64,000 bases of DNA from assembly GCA_964057225.1 (NCBI GenBank), contig OZ059897.1:8308001-8372000 (forward strand). The letters are read 5' to 3'. The notes beneath the pieces were generated by a model, which saw only the letters and a program-made list of their open reading frames with translations, did not search any database and was not told the origin of the DNA. Positions 25,074-37,560 of the stretch are shown here, piece after piece. Position numbers and translations under genes: made by a program. The number at the start of each line of letters is the position of its first letter. Position 1 is the stretch's first letter. The stretch is from Auanema rhodensis. Taxonomy: Eukaryota > Animalia > Nematoda.

Positions 25074-28000
25074 TTAAAGCTCTACTTTCTCGGTATCTTT
25101 GGAATCATCCTTGGGTTCCTCAGTTGTTGTGTCCAAATCTTCAAGAACAATAGGCTTTTCCTTAGTGTTTGGCTTAGATTCATCGGTCTTAGTATCATTA
25201 GTTTCAGTTTCATTCTTCTTATCCTTATCAACATTGACAGTTCTCTCTGCCTTCATTTTTTTCATGAATCTATTGAGCTCACGATCAAGAGATTTAATCT
25301 AATATGAAAAATTAGTACTAGTTTCTTACAACTTTCTTACTTTTTGAGCTATTTCAGTGGTGGAGACAGCTGGTTCTTCAAATAATTTCTTTTCGGCTTG
25401 AGCAGTCTTCTTAGTATCAATCCACTCTTGCAATTTCTCCAACTTCTTGCCAAAGGCTTCAGTATCATTCTTGTTGAATAAAGCCTTCTCATCGTCACCA
25501 CCCATATTAACCATTATTCTGGACGAGTTTAACATATTTTCCAAGTTGCTTAAAGCATCAGGGAATGTCTGAAAAATCATGTTGAAAGAATATTAGAAAA
25601 CAATTGAACCTTATATTCAGAAATTCTTTTCTTGATAGGGCTAACAATATCATAAAGAATCTTGAAATTTTCTTTGAATTCACCAGTCTTGGTTTCCGGT
25701 GTGGTGTCATCTTCTAACCAAGCACGAATACGAGTCACCTTAAAATATGTTTGAAAAAAATACTAAACTACAATAAAAACCTCCTTGGCGAGTTTCTCTC
25801 TCTCCTCTTCAGAAGAATAGATGAGGAACTCCTCTTCATCGGGAAGAAGACTAGCTTCAAAAGCATAGGACTCTAATTCATTTTCAGCAGCACCTCTCTC
25901 AGCAGCTAATTGTTCAGTTCTCTCGAAAGCCTCGAGTTTCTTTTTGTACTCATCAATTTCTTCGACAGTAAGAATGTGTACTCCGGAATATTGTTCCTGA
26001 GTTCCTAGAACAATCTTTTCGACTTCGGGAACCTTCTTTTCAGCCTTTTCTGTTTCATTCTGAAAGTTCAAGTTAACTTTATATCAGTATGACACAACAA
26101 ACCTTTTTAGCAGGATCAGTAGAATTGTCCTTGGTCTCTTCCTTTTCGGTCGTTTCGGTCTTTTCAGTCTTATCGTCAGTTTTCTCTTCCTCCTTCTTCT
26201 CTTCAGGCTTTTCTTCTGGTTTCTCTTCATCAGTGGCAGTTTCCGGTGCAGGTTCAGAATCTTCAGGAGCAGAAGCAGCATCTCCTTCCTTCTTTTCTTC
26301 GTTTTCAGTTGGAGCTCCTTCCTCGTTGTTCGAAGAGAAGAATCCACTAATTGTATTGGTAATAGCTGAAATAATATGGAAGTAAGCTCTTTATCAAAAT
26401 ATGAAAGGTTGGTATGAAATGAGAAAACTAATAGAGGGATTAAAACAAAAAAGCACACAGTATATAGAAACTCACACCCAAAGATACCATTTTTAGGTTT
26501 CTTTAGTCTGTGCGCCTTACTCATTGAAGCTATAACGTGAGGAAAACTACGGGGCTAAGATGAAAATTTTTAAAAAATCTTACATTCAACTACTCCTTGA
26601 GATTTTCTTTGAATAGTAGCTTCAGCTTTTCCTACGCGAACGATTCCAGATCCATCAAGGACGAATGGAACCTTGACTCCCTTGAACTCGGTTTCTTCTG
26701 GCTTAATTTTCTCTTCAATGACTTTAGTAAGTCCATCGACAACGATAGTTGCCAGTTCTCCGGTAAGAGGGTCCAATAGTCTGAAACCAAAACATTAGTA
26801 AAAAAGTATTTAAAACAAAAGTACTTCTTCTGTTCGGCATTGAAGTGGGAAAGATCTCCGTAGTTGAGAAGGAAATCAAAGTCAGCGACATATGAAGTGA
26901 ATCCAATGGTCTTCAAATAAAAATTCATAAAAAAATATATAAAATATAACTATTTACCTTCTTATTGGTTGGGTATTTACCTTTGTATTGGAAAATTTGT
27001 CTAGTAATATCTTTCTTGATATATTCTCCATTCTCTAACAAATGGTTCACAACAAAGTTAACCTTGAAAATAAACAACCAAAATTTGGAAAATTCGAGTT
27101 TCGCAAACCTGGATTGGATAAATGACGATATCTTCTACGTTGAAGGGTTTAACTTTGAATCCGTTACTAAGATGAGCAGCCTAAATAAAACATTATATAT
27201 TGATCAGGACATTAATGTCTCACCAAGAAGACAGCTCCCATAGCCGCAGCTTCATCAGTGTTTAAGAATTTTCCCAGTTCTTTACCTCCAACAGCAGCTT
27301 GAATGGCTTCCTGTACCTTAGGAACTCTAGTACCAGCACCGAAAAGGGCAACTTGATCAATCTAAAAATAAAAATGTTTACGTCAATCTGATAAGGTAAA
27401 GAAGTATTACGTCAGACATTGATAACTCAGCCATTTGCAGAGCTTGTTCTACTGGCTTAGCTACTCGGGCAATCTCATCGGCGATTAAAGAAGTGAATTC
27501 TTCACGAGTAACCTAAAAACAAACCATTAAAACATTTAAAAGACTAGAGTAAATGCCTTGATCTTCATGTCCTTGTCCTCATGTACACTCTCGATTTGAG
27601 CAAAATGATCAGCATTAGCACTAAGTACTTGCTTCAGTCTTTCACTTTCCTTCAACATTTTACCCATAGCTCTATCGTTGGTAGTAATATCTTTATCAGT
27701 CCTAAATCAAATGACATTTTAAGCTTTATATGATAGCATTCCCCCTACTTATAATTTTCACGGAAACGTTTAACCAAATGTTGTTGAAGTTTCAAAGTCA
27801 TACCCAAACCACCTAATGTACGATCATATCCAACACCCAATACAGTCATCTGGAAATAATGATATAAACTATATAGAACGATAATCAAATACAACCTTTG
27901 GCTCTTTTCCATATTTTTCTTTCACTAACTTATATTCAACTATAGTGACTGTAGTCTTAGCTGAACCCATATCATAGATAAGCATACGAGAGGGCTTCTC

Positions 28001-28980
28001 AGTAACTTCCTTTCTTCTGAATACACCATAGTTCAAACCGACAGCAGTACCGTCATTGATTATCTGAAAAAATTAGTAAATAAATTAAAAAAAAAAAAAG
28101 AAATACTTGAAGGAGGTTTAGACGAGCGATTTGGGTAGCCTTCTCAAGAGCAAGACGCTCAGCTTGAGTGAAATATACTGGAACAGTAATAACAACATCT
28201 TTTACAGTTTGTTCGGCGTAAGCTTCGGTAAATTCTCTCACATTAGAGAGTACCATAGCGAGCAAACTTTCGATGGAATAAACATCTTCTCTAAAATAGT
28301 GAAATTGAGTTTAATTTCTTAAAATCAAATTGAAGTACCCAAGCTGAACAGCAGCACTGCTAGAGTTTTCACTCTTCTGAATAGAGAGATGTGGATGTCT
28401 GAAAAAAAAATAATTAAAAAACTATTTTAAACAATATTAGCCACTCAGTCGCTTGCAGAAAAAAAAATTTCAAGAATAGTGAATAAACAGACGTCACAAA
28501 ATAAGACAAACCTTTGACGGAACAAATCCACAGATGGATGATCAATATTCTTGGCCAAAAGATCCAATAAATTAGGGTAAACTGTCTTTGGATAACGAAC
28601 ATTCAAGCCAAGTGCTGGGTCTCCAAATAATCTATAAGTAAACAGTGTATAAGAATGTTTATGGAAATGACCTACCTTTCACCATTACGAATGGAAAGAA
28701 CGTTTGGAGTTTTCCTACGTGATTCCTTGTTTAAAACAATTTCCATTGGGACTCCTGGTTTCACAAGCCCTACCTAATATTAGATGGTTTTTTTAGTTAA
28801 AACTGAAAATACAAACCTTGATAAACTGACTACCAAGATCTACAGACATAGCTGCCAGAGCAGCATCTACAAATTAATTAACATTGAATATTATAAAAAA
28901 ATATATATACCTGTTCTGGTGGCATATCCGAAAAGGCCTAGTAATATTAATAATAGAGAAGACCCTATTGTTACCCGCAT
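25074..28980 (-). CDS. HYOU1: GRP170/HYOU1 ER-lumen Hsp70/Hsp110-type chaperone and nucleotide exchange factor
   Basis: Signal peptide [23 protein letters not shown], then [76 protein letters not shown] and [12 protein letters not shown], an acidic insert, AAENELESY, and a C-terminal ER-retention-like KVEL*. Confidence 0.95.
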
Positions 28981-29224
28981 TCTAAATTATCACATTTTTA
29001 AGATTGATTTATCGCAGAGTATATATAGAACCGAAAGAACGGTAATTAAAGATAATAAAACAATATAGAAAATATGATTATATATTGAAAGATCTATACA
29101 GGGCAAGTACTGGAATGATCATTGTAAACACGTAAACAAAGCAAAGAATATGATATGAAAGAAGAGAACATAAGTATTATGTAAGTTTGACTTGAAAGCT
29201 GGAAAGGAATAGAAATAAATTACT

Positions 29225-29835
29225 CTAATAATCGATGATATCTTCATCTTCGATTTCATTTTTTTTTATCGCATTAAGTTTTTCGAAAAGAGCATTCGCA
29301 AAACGTTCCCTATATTTGGGAGAGATCGTATCAAGAAGTTGATATAACTGTTCAAAGTATTGTGTATGTACATTAAGTTGCCGAAAATCGCCATTCATGC
29401 AATCAGATCTGTTACTCGCAATTCTCCAACCTTTTACTAATAAAAAAAATTTGAAAAATAAAATAAAAATAAATTAAACCTGTTAATTCTATACAATAAG
29501 TCGCTCGTTCTAAGGTAGTTAAATTTAAAAAGAGTAGTTCAGAAGTACGTGGAAGCATTTCAGATATACAAATAGAATGTACAGCGAATGAGAACTCCAC
29601 GACAGCATTAGCTGCCTCTTCCTCAAGAAGAGATCGGCAATCACACATGCTTACAATTTGAACATTTTCGAAAAGAAAATTGAATATAAACTAACTTTGA
29701 CGTTGAGCTACGTCGCGTAGACAAATCAGTAAAGGCGGGATGAATAGGGGAAGCAGGAGGTGTCTTGGCTTGTTTTAAATCAGCATATTCTGTACTAGAT
29801 AATCTACTAGAAATGTTCAAAGTAGTCATAGTCAT
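29225..29835 (-). CDS. GSKIP: GSK3-beta interacting protein (GSKIP/DUF727) homolog; 3 exons
   Basis: ATG at 29835 directly after TTAG. Peptides EEEAANAVVEFSFAVHSICISEMLPRTSELLFLNLTTLERATYCIELT and YFEQLYQLLDTISPKYRERFANALFEKLNA. Stop TAG at 29225-29227. Confidence 0.88.
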
Positions 29836-31185
29836 CTAATTTTAGACAATCAAACGTAATGTGTCTTTAATTATTTATAATAAAACCAAGAAGCTGATAC
29901 GTATGCTTACGGGGAAGCAAACGTATATTTGGCAAAGCTCCACTAGTAAACGTCAGAGTATTTTCTTGTCAGGACCAAATAATTTCTATTTGCCTTCACC
30001 ACGTACTTCCACATTTTCAAAAAAACGGCAACGTGTATTGAATTATCGTTTTAAGTAAGGTGTTTATGAGTATATTTTCTATTATACTATTATGTAAAAG
30101 TTACGAAAAATATAGTTAATAGGTTTTTAACACATATAAATTCCTTCAATTGTTCTCTATGTTTATTCACGTTTTACGGAATATTATGTTATAATTTAGA
30201 AAAACCTTTAGCAACTATTCATCTAATATATATTATTGCAATAAAAGTAAAATTGCTTGCGTGGGTTGGGTTTCTAATGATATAAATCCTAACAAAGAAA
30301 TAAACCTTGTAATAGGATTGACGAAGAATTTGAGGAGCCCCCAAAAAAAAAACTTACCACTTGGAGAGTAAGATAATGATGGAAGCAATGAGGTAGAAGC
30401 TAAGAGAGGAAATGCTCAAAAAAATAAATAATTTATTCCTCTTTTTTGAATTACGAAATAACAAAAAAATAAGAGGAAAAATGCTTCAGAATCCCCGCGA
30501 GGAAGATGGTCTAAAAGTTGATTCACTTCCAGAGATCCGGTAAATTCAAAGAATTATAACTCATGAAATAAATGACAATAATTCTGAAATAATTGCTGAA
30601 ACTTCAACAAAACTGAACCAAGAGCATTATGAGCTCTTTAAAAAAATATTTTCGTTTCTGAACAATTTTTATAATTGAGAATGAGAACTATATTATTGAA
30701 AAAGTATGCTAACAGCGTTGGAATTTTATATAATAACCTGGATCAGCCCTAATTGAAGTTAACTGTATGAAGGAGTTTCAATCGCATATCTGAACTGATC
30801 TCAAATACTGTATGTTCCAGATCTAAGCAAGATCCACCTAGTTTAGACTTTTGTGAAGATGTAGAGTGGGCTCTCTCATTTTTTTTTTATTTTTCTCACC
30901 TTATTTTAGGCTAATCGAATTTTACCTACATATTTAATATATTTTTACTCGTGTGTAATGAATATATCATATATTATTTATTTATATTTTAAAGCATTTT
31001 GGTTAAATTTATTTGTTTAAAAACGTGAAAAAATATTTATATTACGTACGGAACTAGCCTTTTCAGTGCGACGTAGAATAGAAAGTAATATTTACGCACT
31101 TTCCACATTCGAAATAAGTCGAAGTTAATTTTCTTCAAACAGTGTAGTTGTTTTCTAGATGTTTATGTATTAAAATTTCAGAAAA

Positions 31186-32550
31186 ATGGAAGCAAATGAA
31201 GAGCTTCCTCAAGCCATTGTTGAACCAGAAGTAAAGAACAAAAAAAAAAGAAAAAGAAACAAACCAGAAGGGAAGGACACTGCACTGTACAGGGAATATG
31301 GAAAAAGAAAAGGTAAGAAAGTTTGATATTGTATTGTAAATAATATGTATTTTATACAGATATTAACTTTTTCCGTTCTTTGGATTTGAAATATAAATTT
31401 ATTCTTGATGAACTTGCTCGGGTAAAGATGAAAGATGAGGTGAAACGTTAACTTTTGAATTTTTCGCATTTTTTCAATATTTCAGGCTGAAAAAATTATT
31501 AATACGCATGTTGAAACTGGTGGGCTCTCTGGAGAAGATGAAGCTCATGTTGTATTTTTAAGATTCAAACAAATGAAGAAACGAATGGTTTGTAAAAAAA
31601 ATTCTTTTTTTAATTGTTTTTTGCTTGTTGTATTAAATTTTTCGAAATTATAGGCAAAAGCTGAACAGTTAAGAAATATTATAAATTTTGATGGAACTCT
31701 AGAAGAAGTGAAGGTATATCTATATCTCTGAATCTTTGTATTAAATTGAATGTTTGTTTGTTATAGAGCATGGTAAATGACTTAGTAAAACGAAAAAAAA
31801 TTTTACCTAATCAAGCTGGTGAGGTGGTCACAAAATGGAGAGCCCGTGAAAAAAGAAGGATTACCAGGCAAAAGGAAAAGATGACGTATGTAAATTTTTT
31901 GTTTATTTTATGTTTTTATTGATTTTCTTGAATTTTCTACTCTAAATATAAATATCCCTTTTTCAAGTAATACCGCTTGTTTGCGATGTCGTCTAAAAGG
32001 ACATAGAATAGCAGATTGCCCACAAAGAGAATCAGAAGAAGAAAAGTCTGATATTTGTTTCAAATGTGGTTCATTAGAGCATAATATCTATTCTTGTCCT
32101 AAAAAGAACATTAGAGGTATAGCTTGATTTGGTTGTCTTATTTTTATTTGTGGAATCGCTTCAGGTTTTCCTTTTGCTACTTGTTTCTTATGTAATGGAG
32201 AAGGTCACTTAGCTAGAGATTGTGAAAGTAATAAGAATGGAATATATCCAGATGGTATCAAAGCTTTCTAAGAAGAATAATTTCTGGTTTTTTTAGGTGG
32301 AAGTTGTAACGTATGCGGCTCTCAAAAACATTTAAAAAAAGATTGCCCTGAATTAGAAATGCAAAAGAAGGGTGTCGTCGAGAAAAGTAAGTTTTGTTTA
32401 ATTATTTATGGATCTTTTGTGCTTTTTTTAGGAGTTGTTGCACAAACAATGGATTCTATGACTAATATGGACGATGATTATCAATATTCAGAGCCTAAAG
32501 TAGATAAACCTGTAACTAAAAAGAAGAAAGCTAAAGTTGTTAATTTTTAA
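31186..32550 (+). CDS. ZCCHC9: CCHC zinc-knuckle protein, ZCCHC9-like
   Basis: TTTCAG-AAAA-ATG start. Four knuckles (CLRCRLKGHRIADC, CFKCGSLEHNIYSC, CFLCNGEGHLARDC, CNVCGSQKHLKKDC), plus GFPFATCF, NKNGIYPDGGSC and C-terminal KKAKVVNF* as in ZCCHC9. Confidence 0.88.
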
Positions 32551-34030
32551 AATTCTGTTATTTGTTACTTGTTGTTGATTTTGTTATTTAAGATGCCAAG
32601 TTTGAATGAATAGTTTTAAACTTCAAACAATTTTTTGTCTTTTCTGCTAGCTTAAGCTATGAAGTTCAAAACACATTTTTAACGCTTCACAACGCTATAT
32701 GAGGGGAAGGGTTGGTATATTTTAAACAATATCTATGAGAAATATCTATATCTATTATGATGGAGGATTAATTTTGTCTTATGTTTATAGCCCATTTACG
32801 GGAATTAACTCGGCAAGTTTTAACTTTTGTATAACCGTTCATATCTCTGCTGTTCGCTCGATATTTTTCCTGAAATCCAGAGGAATGTTAGTTTGATATT
32901 ATTAGAAATAGAAAAGGGAAGACTAGAGAAACAGAGAGAGAGAGGGAGATAGAGAGAGAGGGAGCGTTCCAAGGTCATTTCGTCTTTTCCCTCATTGCAC
33001 CCATCTTCGAAAACTGTACAAATATATACATTTAAAGGCCTCGAGCTATGCAAGACAATCTCACTTTGTTTCTCTAAAATTAGAAAACATCGAAAAACCT
33101 ATTTTGCAGCCTATTTCTCGAAATAAGGAAGACAAAATGCTTTGTTGTTGATCTCTTTGTAATCTAAACAAAAGATAAAGCGACTATCTATTCTTTCATT
33201 TTGTTCGTCAGAAGACATTACTCAGCTTTCACAACATCATCGTTTCTATTTTTTGACCTTCTTGCCTAGGAACCAGTAGCATTTGCTTCTTTTCTTCCTC
33301 TTTTTTTATTATTTTCCTCATCGTACTTTTGACATTTTTTCAATCGAAAACGTTCCTGTTCCGCAATTGTAGCTAAGCAAATGCGGTTTACAGTTAGCGT
33401 CAGAGAGCTTTGTTGTATGCATTTCATAACTTTGAATTATCTTCTTCTCGTTTACAACTCGTTGTCTTATTCGGCTACTCCTTCTCTCCTTTTGCTTTGT
33501 TTGTGTTGAGTATTGCGGTACACGTTGTCTCCATATAGGTAAGTATAAGCATTCGAATCATCTTCGTCATCGCCATCTCCGATATTCTTTGGGTCAATTG
33601 GCTACATTCATTTGACGCACTTTCTATTCACTGTTCTATTCTAACTATTATTCTAACTATAATGTATAATATATATATATATATGAATATGTGTATAACA
33701 AGCTTATCGGATCGTCACCACATCATCTGGCATCATCATCAACATCATCATCATCATCTTCCTCGTCTTCGTCATCTGCGTCATCATTCCTGTCCGAACG
33801 TCTGTCTCATCCTTCCACTACTGTCATATAGTTATAATAACTTCGGAATTATCTTCTCTTCTTACTCCTTATTTTTCTTCTTCTACCTACATCTCACCTT
33901 CTATCGAAATATCACGGCTGATTCACTTTTATTATGGTTGAATCTTCAACTTAAGCCGTAACTCAAAGTTTTGTTGGTTACTACTATCATACGTCACACA
34001 GGTACTCCTAAAGCTTGAATTTATGGCAGC

Positions 34031-34033
<3 letters not shown>

Positions 34034-34086
<53 letters not shown>
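34034..34086. repeat. (CT)n microsatellite
   Basis: Directly visible. Confidence 0.95.
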
Positions 34087-34090
<4 letters not shown>

Positions 34091-35737
34091 CTTTTTCTCT
34101 GCCTTATTCTCTTCCTTCTTTCAACTAAAAAAAACGCTGCAGACTTTTCCCCCAGGTTTCTTCTTGTCAATAAAAGCCACTGACGTGAAATAGTTGACGC
34201 TCGTCGCTGCTCTTCTTTCTATGTCTTTCTCATCACTTTCTTCATTTTCCTTCCATTTTTCTTTACCTCATTACTTCTAATATATTTAAACTTCAATACC
34301 TTCATTACATTTGATAATGATACTATGATTATTATCCTTTTTCCATCTTTCTATATACCATTTCCATCATCTTTTCCTTTTACCTTTCTTCATTGTCGTC
34401 GTTGTCTTCTTCCAGCATACGTCGTCGTCTTCTTCTTCTTCATCATCATCATCATCTTCTTATCAATCAATTATCCATGTCGAGGTGATCTTATGTTGTT
34501 CTGCTCATTTCTCTCTAACCCACTACTCTTTTCCATCTTCTTCCTAATATTATTTCTTTTCTATGCAGTTCAGGCTATCAACCTTTCTCTCTCTCTCGCT
34601 CTCTCTTCATCTCTCCTGATGTTCCTATCACTCTCTCACTCTCTCTCACATTTCTATTTTCTTTCTTCATGGATGTTCGCCATTTATTTTCCTTCATTGG
34701 CTCTTTTCCATAATATTTGTGATAACGACACTTTATTTATAGTATTTGTTCTTGCTTCATGTTCACTTGGAACTCTTTTATAGCTTTTTCTTCATTTTTT
34801 ATTCAATTCTTTCAAAAATTTTCCGACTTTTTCTTTCACCACATGTATAAATGTTTATTTTACTTATCAGCTACTGATACTTTTCTTTTTTGAAATTGTC
34901 ATTCTCCTCTCCCCTAATCTCTAACTTCTTCTCATTTGTCTTTTCAATGATGTTGGTGTTTGAGCAATTTCTCTCATGTTCTCACATCTCATCTCTTGAA
35001 ACTCAATCCCAACAATTTTGTAAATTTTCTGATCATCACCTCCATTTCAGCTCTTATTGATTAAACCCTTTTGACATTATTTTCTATGTAATCATCATTA
35101 ATACTTCTATTCTTGCTACTTCAAATTCAGTTTCTAAAGAGAAATCTTCATTAGAACTGAATTGCATTCGATTGTCCATCACAAATCGTACAGTTGATTT
35201 TCGATGTTACATCGATATTTCAGAATAACTGAACTGTTTAAGAAAAAGTAAAAGATTTGTTAGATTTTTCATTAAAAATTATTCAATTGACTAATATAAA
35301 ATGAACTTTATCACCGTTCCTATTATTTCTTTCTTATCTCTTATTTCTCAGACATTTCATGACCTTTTCCTCCTCATTATCCATATTAACCATCTATAAC
35401 TGTTTTTTCCGAAGATGATGGACGAACGGTTAGTAGTTTGTACCACCTTAGACCTTAAAAACTATAGAATGATCAATACATTATGATGCCAAAACGTAAT
35501 TATCTGTCATAATTTTAGTTTTTTCTTCATTTTCAAGCTATTATATTGATATCAAAATCAGATTAATAATTACTCCTATTCCTTTGCTCTCACCTTTCTC
35601 CCGCTACTATATTTCTTATATCTTCCTTTCAAAATTGTTCTATCCTTATAATCTAAACAATTACAAAAAAATATTATTTTCTCTCTCTCTCCCCTCCCTC
35701 TTTCTCTCTATATTTCTCTCTATATTTCTCTCTATAT

Positions 35738-35778
<41 letters not shown>

Positions 35779-37388
35779 CTATTTCTGTATTTTCCTCTTG
35801 CAAATACTGTCAAAAACTTGTCCCTAATAGGACGTTTCCCAGCCTCTCTTGTTCGTTTACAAGCTTAGGCTCTTTGACATGACAGACAGACACATTGTCT
35901 ACTTGACAACTATTTATGATCATGATAACATGTCTAATTATTTAAGCATTTTCCTTCCTTTTTTTGTGTTGTTTCTTTTTTATTTTCACAGTTATCATCT
36001 CCTTCTTCTTCTCCTCCTCCTCCTACTCCTTCTTCTTCCTATTCGTCGTCTTCTTCTTCTTCTCCTTCTTCTACATATCCTCATCTATCGATGTCTCTTC
36101 ATCGCATATTCGAATTATACGTTAACTTCTATTCTATTCTTCAAAACCATTATACCAGTTTCATTACATATAGCCTTTCGTGCACCGGAGATGCAACCAA
36201 TACATGATATGGAGGCAGTGCGAAGACGACAAACGATACACAAAAAGATTTGCTTTTTGGCTTTTCTGAATATCTTTTCAGTTTCAAACTTTCTTGCTAT
36301 CTGACGTGTCCAACCTGTTGGCTACTTTTTTGCCTCAAAAAGGCGTCATCTCATCTCTAAATCCGGCTTTATTTTCATTTAACTCCTTTCTCATCTTATC
36401 TCAATACCTACGAACATTCTGCTATGTTCTTTTCTCTTAATTATTTCTCTTAGTTTACTTTATTTTTTTTTCAAACTTTTGAACACTTTAGAGTGCTTGA
36501 TTTTGAACTGTGTCCTGTCAAGATTAAAGTTGGCCTTTCTCTATGCTTGTGTACTTAACTGTGTCTCCTTACATCAGCTGTCAAATCCAATATAAACTGT
36601 TTAGATAACTTTCTTCAGAGAAATTTGAGATTTTTTTTGTTTTCTTTAAATATTTCCTGGATTTCATGAAATTTTCTTTTGTTCTTCACCGCAAAAAAGT
36701 TTCCTCCACTCCTCTCTCTCTCTATTTCTCTTTCTCTCTCATCTACCACACTATGCATTGCAATCAGCTGCGTCATATGTGGTGTCGCCAAGCGAACTGT
36801 CTCAAAAGGAAAATCTTTCAAATTTTCAATTCCTCTACCATTCTCTTACTCTCTTGCCGTTCATCTCCCCTTTTCTCTCATTCTCTCTCTATTTTCCTTC
36901 AAAGTTTGAATCTTTTCGATTTTTGATGTATCACATCGTACTAAAGATAGTTGTTCATCTCAATAATCGTCGTCTTCTATTTTCTACCACAATGATTGCG
37001 ATTCATGAAAGCTTATTGATATTTCTTCCCTATTTTCATGGATTTTATCTTCATTATTCCTTTTCTATAGTTCATTTCACTAATATTTAGAATTTTCGTC
37101 CGTTCTTATCGTAAAACGATGAAAATTCATTTACTTGCTAACCCTTTTACCATATTAGTCCCTCTACGAGCTCACGTCAAATCAGGGTTCCTGTGATTTT
37201 CAGTTCATTTCTCAAAAGAATTTGTGGAAAGATTCTGAACAGGACAACCAATTATCTCAAAAACTAGTTACTATTCACAAATATTAGACGATGTGTTTAC
37301 ATCTCGTAATGGAGACAAATCAGTTATAGTCTTTGTTGTGTTTTGTGAACCCCAATCCACCAAAAAAAAGCCTTTCCCCCCTACCTTT

Positions 37389-37423
37389 CCCTCCCTCTCT
37401 CTCTCTCCCTCTCTCCCTCCCTC

Positions 37424-37473
<50 letters not shown>

Positions 37474-37488
37474 TCTCTCTCTCTCTCC

Positions 37489-37553
<65 letters not shown>

Positions 37554-37560
37554 TCTCTCT
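37389..37560. repeat. Long interrupted (CT)n/(CCCT) microsatellite
   Basis: Directly visible. Confidence 0.95.
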
